Positions 18,780 to 28,576 are shown, counted from the stretch's first letter. The stretch is DNA of 64,000 nt from Ignavibacteriales bacterium (GCA_016193365.1 JACPSI010000120.1:2640-66639), one strand, 5' to 3'. The notes: generated by a model not told the origin, from the sequence alone. Numbers and translations: made by a program.

Positions 18780-19103
18780 TTAGAGGTACGAAGAGGTGGT
18801 CAGCGTAAGAAGTATCTCGGGTGAAAGCAATCGAGGGGCAGCCAAACGAAGGCCGGCAGTGGCAACAAAACTGGCCACCGTGGAAGAGCAGACGACATCC
18901 CCCTCAAAAACCTTGTGAGGAAGTTTTTGCTCCGAGGTTTTGTTCGCCTGGACTGCGAAATAAGAAACGTAATCAAGTTGATCAACAAATTTGTGGTCTG
19001 AGGTGCCTGTTCGGTAGTGTGCAAGAGCGGGGGAAGCGTGAACGCATGACGCCGGTAACGCAACGCAGACCGCAACTCGTAATATGTTTTCAAGTGCTTT
19101 CAT
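18780..19103 (-). CDS. Hypothetical protein
   Basis: 107-aa ORF with hydrophobic N-terminus, co-oriented with the tRNA. Confidence 0.4.
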   Translation of the reverse strand: MKALENILRVAVCVALPASCVHASPALAHYRTGTSDHKFVDQLDYVSYFAVQANKTSEQKLPHKVFEGDVVCSSTVASFVATAGLRLAAPRLLSPEILLTLTTSSYL

Positions 19104-19115
19104 TGAAAAGGCTGA

Positions 19116-19182
19116 TGGTGGACGCTGAAGGAGTCCCTGTCCGCCATCTTTCTGGCGGAGAACCTTCGACCTCCGCCTTGTC
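19116..19182 (-). pseudogene. Orphan 3' half of a tRNA-Val (GAC-like) with CCA and a 24-nt insertion in the T-loop
   Basis: GACAAGGCGGAGGTCGAAGGTTC[insert]GACTCCTTCAGCGTCCACCA. Confidence 0.75.
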
Positions 19183-19272
19183 CCAAAACTTCTGAAGTTA
19201 GCGAGTTATAGCGAAGCTAACTTCATGAAGTTTTGAGGATCCCGACACGCTTTTGGTCGGGATCTGAATCAG

Positions 19273-19347
19273 TGGACGCTGGCGGGTTCGAACCACCGAC
19301 CTCCTGCTTGTAAGGCAGGCGCTCTGAACCAGCTGAGCTAAGCGTCC
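19273..19347 (-). tRNA. tRNA-Val(TAC)
   Basis: Cloverleaf GGACGCTTAGCTCAGCTGGTTCAGAGCGCCTGCCTTACAAGCAGG...GTTCGAAC...AGCGTCCA; CCA not encoded. Confidence 0.96.
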
Positions 19348-19353
19348 GGAAGC

Positions 19354-20085
19354 TTATTCTTCCTCAAATTTCCCCGGCGGCGGCTTGATGCTCAACAGCG
19401 TGTTGATTTCAATGTTGTATTTCGTTGTGATCTCCGGGGATTTTGACAAAATCCTGAAATCTCCAGTCAGAATATTCCGGACAGCAGTATTCAGAGTATC
19501 CGATGCCATAAAGGTCTCCTGAAGTTCGGGAGACCGTAGTTCGACGAACATTCCGTCTGCAGTATACGTCCCCATTTCAAGCTTCTCGATACTGATGCTG
19601 TTCATTGCGTCCAGGCTCTTCTCAATTTTTTTAGCCCGCTCTTTTTCATCCGGACGATGTGCAATCAGCGGATGAGTGGCAGTGAGGAGAGCGTGCTTAT
19701 AATGTTTTTTCAGGTGCTCAAGGTATTGGGGACCTCTGTAATAGTCGATCTTTCGAATGTTCCCTTTTGTTCCGGTCAGTTCTTCTCTCATGACATAAAT
19801 GTGGTCGACGGTGCCCTCGTTGTCAAAATCCGATAGTTGAACAGTGACTCTGGCAATATCGTCCTCGAAAAAGATGTCGAGCATGCTCTTGCCATTGGCC
19901 CTGTATTCTATCCGATTCACGGCATTGCCGGGCATGCTTTCCAGATAACAAACATGGCCTTCTGCGTCAATCGAGATATTGTGAAAATACGTGTTTTTCT
20001 TCCCTCCGTTGTCCTGGCCAAAGGCGAAATTCAGCGTAATCAGGAGAAGGCAGGTACATCGCATCACCAATGAATAATTGTTCAT
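19354..20085 (-). CDS. Hypothetical secreted protein
   Basis: Long ORF with signal-like N-terminus (..LLLITLNFAFG|Q); start uncertain (20085 or 20064). Confidence 0.6.
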   Translation of the reverse strand: MNNYSLVMRCTCLLLITLNFAFGQDNGGKKNTYFHNISIDAEGHVCYLESMPGNAVNRIEYRANGKSMLDIFFEDDIARVTVQLSDFDNEGTVDHIYVMREELTGTKGNIRKIDYYRGPQYLEHLKKHYKHALLTATHPLIAHRPDEKERAKKIEKSLDAMNSISIEKLEMGTYTADGMFVELRSPELQETFMASDTLNTAVRNILTGDFRILSKSPEITTKYNIEINTLLSIKPPPGKFEEE

Positions 20086-20125
20086 GGGTTTGAATATAGC
20101 AGTCGCGTACTCCAACAGCAATCGG

Positions 20126-20944
20126 CTAAATCTTTTCGCAATGTTCTGACCGAATCCAACCCACTTTTCCATCCGGCAACGTTATTTTTTCCCAGTCTGC
20201 AACGCTGTCGCTCATCCGGACTTTCAAACCCTCATGAATAACAAAAGCGTCCGCCCCTTGTTCATCCGGCGAGAACTTTGCCGTGACCACGGGTGCAAGA
20301 ATGACCGCCTGGTCTCTGCCGGCAGACCTTTCCCACGCATGGATTCCCATGAAGCTGCCAAGCACGACGACCCCGACAACCGCAACGACCGCGATACGGC
20401 GTGTAGCGGAAAGAAATGAAAGCCGCTTGAGAACGGAGAGCACGCTCAAGGAGAGAAACAGGAGCAGCCACGAAACAATAAAGCCTGCCGTCGCAATTTC
20501 CCGAGAAATGATGCTTCCCAATGCCCTGAGCCAGGAAAAAACAAAAAGTTCCGGGACTGGATCAATGCGGTCTGCTGTTTTCAACTGCGCAAGCTTCAGG
20601 TTGTTCTCGACATCGGGATCGCCCGGGCGCAATCTCGACGCTCGTTCATAAGAAAGAATCGCGCGGGCAATTTTGTTCAGCCTGAAGTAAACATTACCCA
20701 TGTTGAAATACAACTCAGAACTGACGTACCCCTGGCTAAGAATACTCTCGTATGCTCTCAGTGCCTCCTGGAATTGACCGCGCCGATAAAGTTCATTGCC
20801 TTTGCTAAACGCTTCTTCCGGTGTCTGCGAAAATGTGTTGAGCGGAAGGCCAAACAAGATGATGATCAGCGCGGCTCTTTCAACCCGGCTTCTCAATCGT
20901 TTGCTTCGAGGAGACATCTCGCTGCTACTTTCATGCTTTTCCAT
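20126..20944 (-). CDS. batE: BatE-like TPR + SH3b protein
   Basis: TPR (LYFNMGN..AILSYERA), TM helices, IHEGLKV..W.KI.LPDGKVGW. Confidence 0.88.
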   Translation of the reverse strand: MEKHESSSEMSPRSKRLRSRVERAALIIILFGLPLNTFSQTPEEAFSKGNELYRRGQFQEALRAYESILSQGYVSSELYFNMGNVYFRLNKIARAILSYERASRLRPGDPDVENNLKLAQLKTADRIDPVPELFVFSWLRALGSIISREIATAGFIVSWLLLFLSLSVLSVLKRLSFLSATRRIAVVAVVGVVVLGSFMGIHAWERSAGRDQAVILAPVVTAKFSPDEQGADAFVIHEGLKVRMSDSVADWEKITLPDGKVGWIRSEHCEKI

Positions 20945-22604
20945 TCAAGGACTCTTCAACTGCGTTGATTGCGCTCTTTGCAGCTTCCAAAAGATCTTTC
21001 CTGGCAGTGCGATTATCGGACCCGGGGGCGAAGCGCGCGAATTCTGCACGTTCCAAGCAATGACGCATCTGCTGTGCGATTTCTTCCGAGATTCCCCACT
21101 TGTTCAGCCTTGTGATCGCTTCGTCAACTGTGAGCGATGATTTTGGAATCTGTAACTTGTGTTCCAGGTAATCCAGCAGAGCGCGTGAGATTTCAGAGTG
21201 ATAATGTTCCGAATTACCCTGGGCAAGGAGTTTGCTTGCCAGTTTCAGTCTTTTTGATGCTTCGCGTCCGGCCTTCTGGAACAGAAGTCGTGGCATGTTG
21301 CCATAGATTTTTTCCATCTTCTTCCTGTACACTAGCGCGCCGACAAACATCAGCGGCGGAAGGATCATGCTCGTGTAAAACCACGAACCGCTTGTCGTGC
21401 TTTCACCTGTTCGCCGGAATTCTCCCGAAGAAAGTTTTATGAACCTGATATCTTCTCCAAGCAAGCGGACATCTTCCTTTGAGACGACTGTCCCGCCGCC
21501 GGCGAGGAAATCTTTTCCGGGCGTGATATTCAGCTCGAATTTCGGAGATCGCTGCGTCAGATATTCGCCTTTTGCAAGGTCAAAATACACAAATGACAGC
21601 GGCTCGATGATGCGTTGTCCTGGATTGCGGGGAATCATGACATATTCGGCTGTCTTTTTCCCCCTGATGACGCCGCCATCGCGCAATATGTCCTCACTGA
21701 TTTTGGGTTCATATGCTTCCAGATCGACGGGGAGAGACGGCTTGGGCAATGACAGGAGTTTTAGATTGCCTTTGCCGGAAACTGCCAGTTTGAGCGTGAT
21801 GGCGTCGCCGGATTTTCCCTCCTTTTTGTCCACGGACGCGGAAAAAGTGAAACTGCCGACCGCACCCGTGAATGAGGAAGGAGGTTGCGGAAGGGCATCA
21901 ATCGTCAGCGTCAGCGGATTCGACTTGAATTCATGATCGACAGTTTGCATCCGGTTGAAAAAAGGGTCGTTGAAAAACATATCGAAGGGATCGTTACTTT
22001 TCCTTCGAGACGGGACCTGGACAGGACACCGAAGCTGGATCGGCTCGATTCGGAGCTTCCCGTTCTGCGTCGCAAACAACGCCGTCTTCTTGATTGTTGC
22101 AACCTGGTATCGCTTTCCCTGATACTCCTCTGCTGAAACAGGCGGCTGCTTTGGCAGCTCAAAATCTTCGGACCAAAAGCCTTCGAAGGTCGGCGCTTTT
22201 ACCACATCGTAGCTTGTGATCGCGACGCTCCAATACAGTTTGTAGTGCAGCGTGACCTGTTCACCTTGCCGGGCGCGGTATTTGTCCGGGACGGCACGGA
22301 CAAAGATTTTGTCCTCCAGGTTCAATTGAGGCTGCTCATTTTTCGGCTGTTGCTGCGGCGGCTTCCCTTGCTGCACATCAATGGCAACGGGGGCGGTTTT
22401 CAATGTCTTCCCCTTGTATTCGACGCTTGCCGGGGGGATTGCGTACTTCCCCGACTGACGCGCGTAAAGCACAAGCTCACCCGTTCCTACTTTTGTCTTT
22501 GCCGCAGTTGCAGTGAACATTGCATCCTGTGCATCCAGAATGACAACTTGCAGAATTGCTAAAAGAAAACCGAAGAACATACTTCTCATAAAATTGGGAA
22601 CCAT
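20931..22604 (-). CDS. batD: BatD family protein (first domain apparently shortened)
   Basis: FEGFW.ED, FTGAVGSF, GKGNLKL, DIRFIK, RFAP; bat operon context. Confidence 0.88.
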   Translation of the reverse strand: MVPNFMRSMFFGFLLAILQVVILDAQDAMFTATAAKTKVGTGELVLYARQSGKYAIPPASVEYKGKTLKTAPVAIDVQQGKPPQQQPKNEQPQLNLEDKIFVRAVPDKYRARQGEQVTLHYKLYWSVAITSYDVVKAPTFEGFWSEDFELPKQPPVSAEEYQGKRYQVATIKKTALFATQNGKLRIEPIQLRCPVQVPSRRKSNDPFDMFFNDPFFNRMQTVDHEFKSNPLTLTIDALPQPPSSFTGAVGSFTFSASVDKKEGKSGDAITLKLAVSGKGNLKLLSLPKPSLPVDLEAYEPKISEDILRDGGVIRGKKTAEYVMIPRNPGQRIIEPLSFVYFDLAKGEYLTQRSPKFELNITPGKDFLAGGGTVVSKEDVRLLGEDIRFIKLSSGEFRRTGESTTSGSWFYTSMILPPLMFVGALVYRKKMEKIYGNMPRLLFQKAGREASKRLKLASKLLAQGNSEHYHSEISRALLDYLEHKLQIPKSSLTVDEAITRLNKWGISEEIAQQMRHCLERAEFARFAPGSDNRTARKDLLEAAKSAINAVEESLNGKA

Positions 22605-22609
22605 TTATG

Positions 22610-24358
22610 TTACCAGTCCTTTTCCACTTTTACTCTTACGCCTTCCCGTTTGCGCAGATTTTTTTGAACCTCTTTCTCGTTGTTTCGTAATGCTTCCAGG
22701 ATTCGCTCCGCCTGTTGCTTCGGCATCTGGTTCATTTTTTGCGCTTGTTGTTGCTGGGTTTTGTCCTGTTTTGCTTCCTGTGACTGATTCTGTTGCTGCT
22801 GCTCTTGCTGATTTTGCTGCTGATTCTGTTGTTGACTCTGTTCCTGCTTTTCTTGCTTATCCTGATTTTTTTCCTGGTTCTTCTGCTGGTTTTGTTGCTG
22901 TTGCTGGTCTTGCGAGCGCTTGCGGGCAAGCTCCAGGTTATAACGGGCATCGTCGTCATTCGGGTTCAACCGCAGCGACTGTTTATAGGCCTCAATGCTC
23001 TCCTTGATTTTGCTTGCCCTGAACAATGAATTGCCCAGATTATAATATGTTTGAGCCCGGTCAACATCAGACCCCATTGCTATCGCCGAAGTATTAAATT
23101 GTCTCCCCGCCTCGTCAAAGCGTTCCTGTTTATAATAGGCATCGCCGAGGTTGAATTGAGCCTCTCTGGATTTTGGATCTTTCTCTAGGGCTTTTTTGTA
23201 AGCAACTTCTGCGTCGGTGTAATTCCTTTTTCCGAAAGATTTGTTTCCGTCATTGACGTGCGACCGAACCGTCTGCGCACTCGCCTGCGAGACGAACGCG
23301 AGGATCGCCGCGAAAACGCCGAACGCCGGCAAAAGCTTCTTCACACGAAGGATGAATCTTCCCTTTCTCTCCGAGAGAACATTCTCGAGTATCAGGAGTA
23401 CTATTGCAGCGGCAAGAGGAAACTGGTAGCGCGACTCAAAGCCCGCTACTTGTTTAACACCAAATTCAGTTTTCTCGAGAGAAGCCAGTTCGTTGAAGAT
23501 CTCGTCGATTTCATTTCCTGCGCTTGTTGCGCGCCGATATTTTCCTCCGGTAGATAGTGCAATCTCCTGGAGCATCGATTCATCAAGCCTTGTGACGACA
23601 ACGCTGCCAGTCCGGTCACGTTTGAAGTCAACGCGTTGTCCGTTGGCGTCGTAGATCGGAATTGGACCGCCTTCTGCTGTGCCCATCCCGACCGTGTACA
23701 CCCTCACACCTGATTTTTTTGCTTCTTCAACTGCGCCGAGGACGTCACCTTCCGTATTTTCGCCGTCGGTGACGACGATGATTGCCTTCTGCGTCGGCAG
23801 GTCGGTCGAGAACGACTTCATCGCCCTTTCGACAGCAAGCCCAATCATCGTGCCGGGCGTGGGGACAGATTCCACGTCGACCGCGGAGATGAACAAATCC
23901 GCCGCTGCGTAATCGACCGTGAGCGGGAACTGGACAAAAGCATCTCCCGCAAAGACAATCAACCCTACACGGTCCCCGGAAAGTTTTTTCAGTAAAGCCG
24001 AAACATCCCGTTTTGCTTTTTCCAGCCGGCTCGGCTTAATATCCTCCGCTTTCATGCTCAGGGACACATCGAGAGCCACAAAGAGGTCAATGCCTTCGCG
24101 TTTGATTTCTTCAAGCCGCGTTCCCACTTGAGGATTTGCGGCCGCAAGTATCAGGAACGCAAGCGAAAGCAGTAAAAGAGCTTGCTTGAGACTTCGTTTT
24201 GTTGAGCTTGCATCCGGAGCAAGCTGTGATATCAGTTTTTCGGCGACCAGCTGACGAAGGAGCTTCTTCCCTTTCCAATGGAACAGAATGAACAGTACAA
24301 CAAGAAGAGGGAGCGCAAGAAGCGCCCAAAGATAATCGGGATTTGAGAACTGTAACAT
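22610..24358 (-). CDS. batB: BatB (VWA)-BatC (TPR, Gln-rich) fusion
   Basis: DVSLSM..PSRLE, TDGE MIDAS; TPRs; poly-Q; A.RILEAL..EKDW terminus. Confidence 0.88.
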   Translation of the reverse strand: MLQFSNPDYLWALLALPLLVVLFILFHWKGKKLLRQLVAEKLISQLAPDASSTKRSLKQALLLLSLAFLILAAANPQVGTRLEEIKREGIDLFVALDVSLSMKAEDIKPSRLEKAKRDVSALLKKLSGDRVGLIVFAGDAFVQFPLTVDYAAADLFISAVDVESVPTPGTMIGLAVERAMKSFSTDLPTQKAIIVVTDGENTEGDVLGAVEEAKKSGVRVYTVGMGTAEGGPIPIYDANGQRVDFKRDRTGSVVVTRLDESMLQEIALSTGGKYRRATSAGNEIDEIFNELASLEKTEFGVKQVAGFESRYQFPLAAAIVLLILENVLSERKGRFILRVKKLLPAFGVFAAILAFVSQASAQTVRSHVNDGNKSFGKRNYTDAEVAYKKALEKDPKSREAQFNLGDAYYKQERFDEAGRQFNTSAIAMGSDVDRAQTYYNLGNSLFRASKIKESIEAYKQSLRLNPNDDDARYNLELARKRSQDQQQQQNQQKNQEKNQDKQEKQEQSQQQNQQQNQQEQQQQNQSQEAKQDKTQQQQAQKMNQMPKQQAERILEALRNNEKEVQKNLRKREGVRVKVEKDW

Positions 24359-24366
24359 AGGTTGCG

Positions 24367-25359
24367 TCAGGGAATTTTTCTCAAAATCGTCGAAGCCATC
24401 CCCACCTCTACGACCAGCAGGAAAAGGCCTGCATAGAGCCAATTCGGGAATAAGTCCGTGTAACGTTTGTACGCCGTGACTTCGATCTTTGTCCGTTCAA
24501 GCTGGTCGATTTCCTTGTAGATCGCCTTCAATTTTCTGTTGTCGGTTGCGCGGTAGTATTTTCCCCCCGTCATTTCCGCAATTGCCGTGAGGGTTTTTTC
24601 ATCAAGGTCCACAGGAACCATTCCTCTGCGAATTCCGAACGGTGTCTTGAAGGGATACGGAGCCTGACCGTGTGCACCCACGCCCACGGTGTAGACGCGG
24701 ACATTGTATGTCACGGCAATCTTTCCTGCGGTCAATGGGTCAATTTCTCCTTTATTGTTCACACCGTCGGTCAGGAGAATCATGACTTTGCTTTTTGCCT
24801 TGCTCTCTTTCAGGCGATTGACTCCATTTGCCAACGCCAGACCTATCGCGGTTCCGTCGACGATCATGCCGTTTTTTACTTCCCGCAACAGATTTTTCAG
24901 GACGCGATAATCTGTTGTCAGCGGGCACTGGGTAAAACTTTCACCCGAAAAAATGACCAGGCCAATCCGGTCGTTCGTTCTTCCTTCAATAAACTCCGTG
25001 GCCACTTGTTTGGCTGCGTCCAACCGGTTTGGCGAAAAATCCTCCGCCAGCATGCTTCCGGAAATGTCGAGGACAAGAACGATGTCGATTCCTTCCGTCG
25101 TGATGTTTTCGCGGCTGGACACCGACTGAGGGCCGGCCAACGCGACGATAAGAGCGCCGAGTGCAAAAAGGCGCACGGCGGGGGGAACATACCGAAGTCT
25201 CTCGCGAAGCGAGCGTGGCGCCTTGAGAAATGGCTGAAGTGAAGAAAATTGAACTTCCGCGACCATCCGTCGCCGTCTGCGCCAATACGCAATCGCCAGG
25301 ACGGGCAGCAAGGCAAGAAGCCATAAGAACTCCGGGTTTGCGAATCTGTCACCCAGCAT
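24367..25359 (-). CDS. batA: BatA VWA-domain protein
   Basis: DISGSMLAEDF.PNRL, QCPLT.D, GTAIG, LLTDG.NN. Confidence 0.93.
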   Translation of the reverse strand: MLGDRFANPEFLWLLALLPVLAIAYWRRRRRMVAEVQFSSLQPFLKAPRSLRERLRYVPPAVRLFALGALIVALAGPQSVSSRENITTEGIDIVLVLDISGSMLAEDFSPNRLDAAKQVATEFIEGRTNDRIGLVIFSGESFTQCPLTTDYRVLKNLLREVKNGMIVDGTAIGLALANGVNRLKESKAKSKVMILLTDGVNNKGEIDPLTAGKIAVTYNVRVYTVGVGAHGQAPYPFKTPFGIRRGMVPVDLDEKTLTAIAEMTGGKYYRATDNRKLKAIYKEIDQLERTKIEVTAYKRYTDLFPNWLYAGLFLLVVEVGMASTILRKIP

Positions 25360-26335
25360 ACTCGATTTCCTCTTTCGTTACCTGGACCCGGGGTTCCATG
25401 GCCCGGACAATTTCGTACGCCCAACGCAGTTCCTTTTCATGTTCTTCCGGGGTTGGGTGGTACTTGGCAAATTTTACGAGGTCTGCCGTTGTGAAGAAAG
25501 ACTGCATTTCACGCCAGACTTTCTGAGCATCAGCAAATGCTTTCATTTGTTGAAGAATTTCGTCGGATGTCAACTCAAGTGCGATAATTCTCCATCTGCC
25601 CTCAAAAAATCTTCGGATGATTTCTGTTACTTCCGAATAATACTCCTTCACTTTTCCCTGCTGCCAGAGTTTCTTGTCCTCAAGCTCTCTCAGCTCGTAC
25701 AGGGCCTGTTGATGAGGCGGAATCTGAGGCTTGAGCACCGCAAACTCATCGTCCCTTTGTTTTCGTTTCTTCCTCCAATAGTAATAGCCCAATCCGGCAA
25801 GCGCAAGAGCTGCCAATGCGATCAGATAGGGCAGGTAGTCTTCAAACCTCCACGGCGCATCGAACGGCAATTTGATGTCTCGAATATCACCCTGGGCGTC
25901 AACGGCAACACTGCCAATGTCCAGAATCAACGAGTTGCTCCGTGCGATTCGTTGAGTTGAATCTCCTTTGAGCCGATAAGCAAAATCAACGGGCGGGATG
26001 TAGGCCTTTCCCGAATCGAATGTCGTGAGCTTGAAATTCCATACTCGCCGGTGGCCGTCTTCAGCAGATCCGATCTCCTGAGCTTCAACCCGAAGAATTT
26101 CGAACGGTCCAATGCTGTCTTTCACAACGGGTGCAATCGTCTCGACCGTGGCCGGGAGCTTTGCTTCGACCGTGAGCTGAACCCAATCGCCAATACGGTA
26201 GTGGAGCGAATCTGTCCGAGCGGAAATCTTCACTTCTTGCGAAAACAGCGAACCGGACCACATCAGCAATACCACAAACATCGTTCCGACAGACCGCATT
26301 CCCCAGTCCCCAATCTGCATTCGATTTTTTACCAT
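25349..26335 (-). CDS. Bat-operon membrane protein (BatD-like/DUF4381-like)
   Basis: DIRDIK.P, TM helix, ADLVKFAK; operon position. Confidence 0.8.
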   Translation of the reverse strand: MVKNRMQIGDWGMRSVGTMFVVLLMWSGSLFSQEVKISARTDSLHYRIGDWVQLTVEAKLPATVETIAPVVKDSIGPFEILRVEAQEIGSAEDGHRRVWNFKLTTFDSGKAYIPPVDFAYRLKGDSTQRIARSNSLILDIGSVAVDAQGDIRDIKLPFDAPWRFEDYLPYLIALAALALAGLGYYYWRKKRKQRDDEFAVLKPQIPPHQQALYELRELEDKKLWQQGKVKEYYSEVTEIIRRFFEGRWRIIALELTSDEILQQMKAFADAQKVWREMQSFFTTADLVKFAKYHPTPEEHEKELRWAYEIVRAMEPRVQVTKEEIEYAG

Positions 26336-27204
26336 CTTCGTTCCCTCATCCTGAAGAAATCAGTCAGCGGTTTTAGATAGGGCTGGTCGAGGCGAATCTC
26401 TACGGCGTCGAGACGGGATTTGAGAAACACAGACCGCCGCGTTTGCAGCATGTGTTCGCTATACGCTTGATAGTTCGCGCGAATTCTCTGGTCGCTCGAA
26501 TCGACCCAGCGTTGTTCACCGGTTTCGGCATCGCGGAACGTAATGAGTCCCACTTTGGGAAGTTCTTTTTCACGGGGGTCGAGCAGGACGAGTCCGATAA
26601 GGTCATGCCGCTTGCCGGCAATGCGAAGGGCGGATTCGTATCCGGTGTCGATGAAATCTGAAACGAGAAAAACAATGCTGCGCTTCTTTTGAATATGGTT
26701 AAGATATTCGAGCGCCGCGGCGATCTTTGTGGTACGCTGTTGAGGCTCAAAGTCAATCAGCTCACGGACAACGCGCAGTGTGTGCGAGCGACCTTTTCTC
26801 GGCGGTATAAACTTTTCAATCCGGTCAGTGAAGAGAATTGCCCCCACCTTATCGTTATTCTTCATTGCGGAAAACGCAAGGATGGCGCTTAACTCGATGG
26901 CCACATCGCGTTTCAACGCAGCTTGGGAGCCGAAGAATTGTGAGCCGCTCATATCGACCAGAAGTATCACGGTCAATTCCCGTTCTTCCTCGAAAACCTT
27001 GACGAACGGATGATTGAAGCGAGCAGTGACATTCCAGTCAATCGTACGAATTTCATCGCCGATTTGGTACTCACGAACCTCCGAGAAGGCCATGCCGCGG
27101 CCTTTGAAGACGGAGTGATACTCTCCCGAAAGGACTTGATTGACAAGCCCTCGCGTGCGAATCTCCAGCTGCCGGACTTTTTTGAGGAGTTCTTTGGTTT
27201 CCAT
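26329..27204 (-). CDS. DUF58 domain protein
   Basis: GEYHSVFKGRGMAFSEVREY..GD..R.IDWNVTAR. Confidence 0.95.
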   Translation of the reverse strand: METKELLKKVRQLEIRTRGLVNQVLSGEYHSVFKGRGMAFSEVREYQIGDEIRTIDWNVTARFNHPFVKVFEEERELTVILLVDMSGSQFFGSQAALKRDVAIELSAILAFSAMKNNDKVGAILFTDRIEKFIPPRKGRSHTLRVVRELIDFEPQQRTTKIAAALEYLNHIQKKRSIVFLVSDFIDTGYESALRIAGKRHDLIGLVLLDPREKELPKVGLITFRDAETGEQRWVDSSDQRIRANYQAYSEHMLQTRRSVFLKSRLDAVEIRLDQPYLKPLTDFFRMRERRW

Positions 27205-27218
27205 TTTTCGCTTGCAAT

Positions 27219-27324
27219 GCCATTCTGAGGATTGACGGAGTCATCCGAAGAATCTGATACGTTAGATCCTTCCTGCCCGCCTCGTTGATCTCATAGGGCA
27301 GGCGGACGCTTTGCTCAGGATGAT
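27219..27324. repeat. REP doublet (GTCATTCTGAG..GAAGAATCT / AGATCCTTCGCT..GCTCAGGATGA type) with nested 35-nt insert
   Basis: Insert cctgcccgcc...ggcaggcgga at 27272-27306. Confidence 0.75.
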
Positions 27325-27330
27325 ATTTTA

Positions 27331-28314
27331 CTACGGCACCTCAACTTTATTCAATATCTCCCGCACCACATGCTCGGACGTAATCTCTTCAGCCTCAGCT
27401 TCGTACGTAACCGCTATACGATGGCGCAGTACATCCGGACAGATTGCACGGACGTCTTCGGGAATGACATAGCCGCGTCTCTTGATGAATGCATGAGCCT
27501 TCGAAGCGAGCGCGAGATTAATCGACGCGCGGGGGGAAGCTCCATAACTGATCAACGGCGCTAGTTTATCCAGTTTAAAGCGCTTTGGCTCCCTCGTTGC
27601 AAAAACGATGTCGAGAATGTACCGTTCGATCTTTTCATCCATGTAGACACTTCGGACAACGTCGCGAGCGGCAAGTACCTGCTTTGTCGACACCGTCGGC
27701 TTGAGTTCCTTCGGCATACCATTGATATTGAGTCGCATGATCAACAATTCCTCATCGCGCGACGGGTAGTCGATTTTTACCTTCAGCATAAAGCGGTCGA
27801 CCTGGGCTTCCGGCAAGGGATATGTCCCTTCTTGCTCAATGGGGTTTTGTGTTGCAAGAACGAGGAATGGCTCTTCGAGCTTGTACGTCTCTTCTCCAAT
27901 CGTCACCTGTTTTTCCTGCATCGCCTCAAGGAGCGCGCTTTGGACTTTGGCCGGCGCCCGGTTAATTTCATCTGCGAGGATGAAATTTGCGAAGATCGGG
28001 CCTTTGCGCGTGAAAAACTTCCCGTCTTTCTGATTGTAAATCATTGTCCCAACGAGGTCTGCGGGCAGCAAATCCGGGGTAAATTGAATGCGTTGAAACT
28101 TGGCATTGATGGCCGAAGACAGTGTCTTGATGGTGAGCGTCTTCGCCAATCCCGGAACTCCTTCCAGTAGAATGTGTCCCTGGCAAAGCAGGCCGATGAG
28201 GAGCCGGTCGACCATTTGTTTCTGTCCGACAATGACCTTCCCGACGTCGCCGGTTAGTTCATCGACAAAGGCACTTTCCTTCTTGATCATTTCATTGATT
28301 GTCTTGATATCCAC
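27331..28314 (-). CDS. moxR: MoxR family AAA+ ATPase
   Basis: EGVPGLAKT, RIQFTPDLLP, DEINRAP, ATQNPIEQEGTYPLPEAQ.DRF. Confidence 0.96.
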   Translation of the reverse strand: MDIKTINEMIKKESAFVDELTGDVGKVIVGQKQMVDRLLIGLLCQGHILLEGVPGLAKTLTIKTLSSAINAKFQRIQFTPDLLPADLVGTMIYNQKDGKFFTRKGPIFANFILADEINRAPAKVQSALLEAMQEKQVTIGEETYKLEEPFLVLATQNPIEQEGTYPLPEAQVDRFMLKVKIDYPSRDEELLIMRLNINGMPKELKPTVSTKQVLAARDVVRSVYMDEKIERYILDIVFATREPKRFKLDKLAPLISYGASPRASINLALASKAHAFIKRRGYVIPEDVRAICPDVLRHRIAVTYEAEAEEITSEHVVREILNKVEVP

Positions 28315-28420
28315 GCAATCCTCCGGTTCTGTGCAATCTTATTTGACGTTTTGCATCGTGTGTGCGTTCCTTACGAAAACTAATCGAGCCACTCTGAGGA
28401 AACGAAGAGCGGCTCGTGAG

Positions 28421-28492
<72 letters not shown>

Positions 28493-28547
28493 GTTGCAGG
28501 TCCCGACGAACAGCCGTCGGGATCCTCAAAATCGCAGTCGCAGGGTT

Positions 28548-28576
28548 AATATAGAGAAATCGCGAGAATGCTTCAA
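28548..28576 (-). promoter_or_regulatory. Sigma70-type promoter for tRNA-Gly
   Basis: TTGAAG-17bp-TATATT. Confidence 0.55.

Noticed and set aside
22740..22910. CAG/CAA-rich low-complexity repeat
   Set aside because: Encodes the usual Gln-rich linker of BatC
19354..28420. Genomic island between the two tRNAs
   Set aside because: Contains the ordinary moxR/bat operon; no integrase or flanking direct repeats seen
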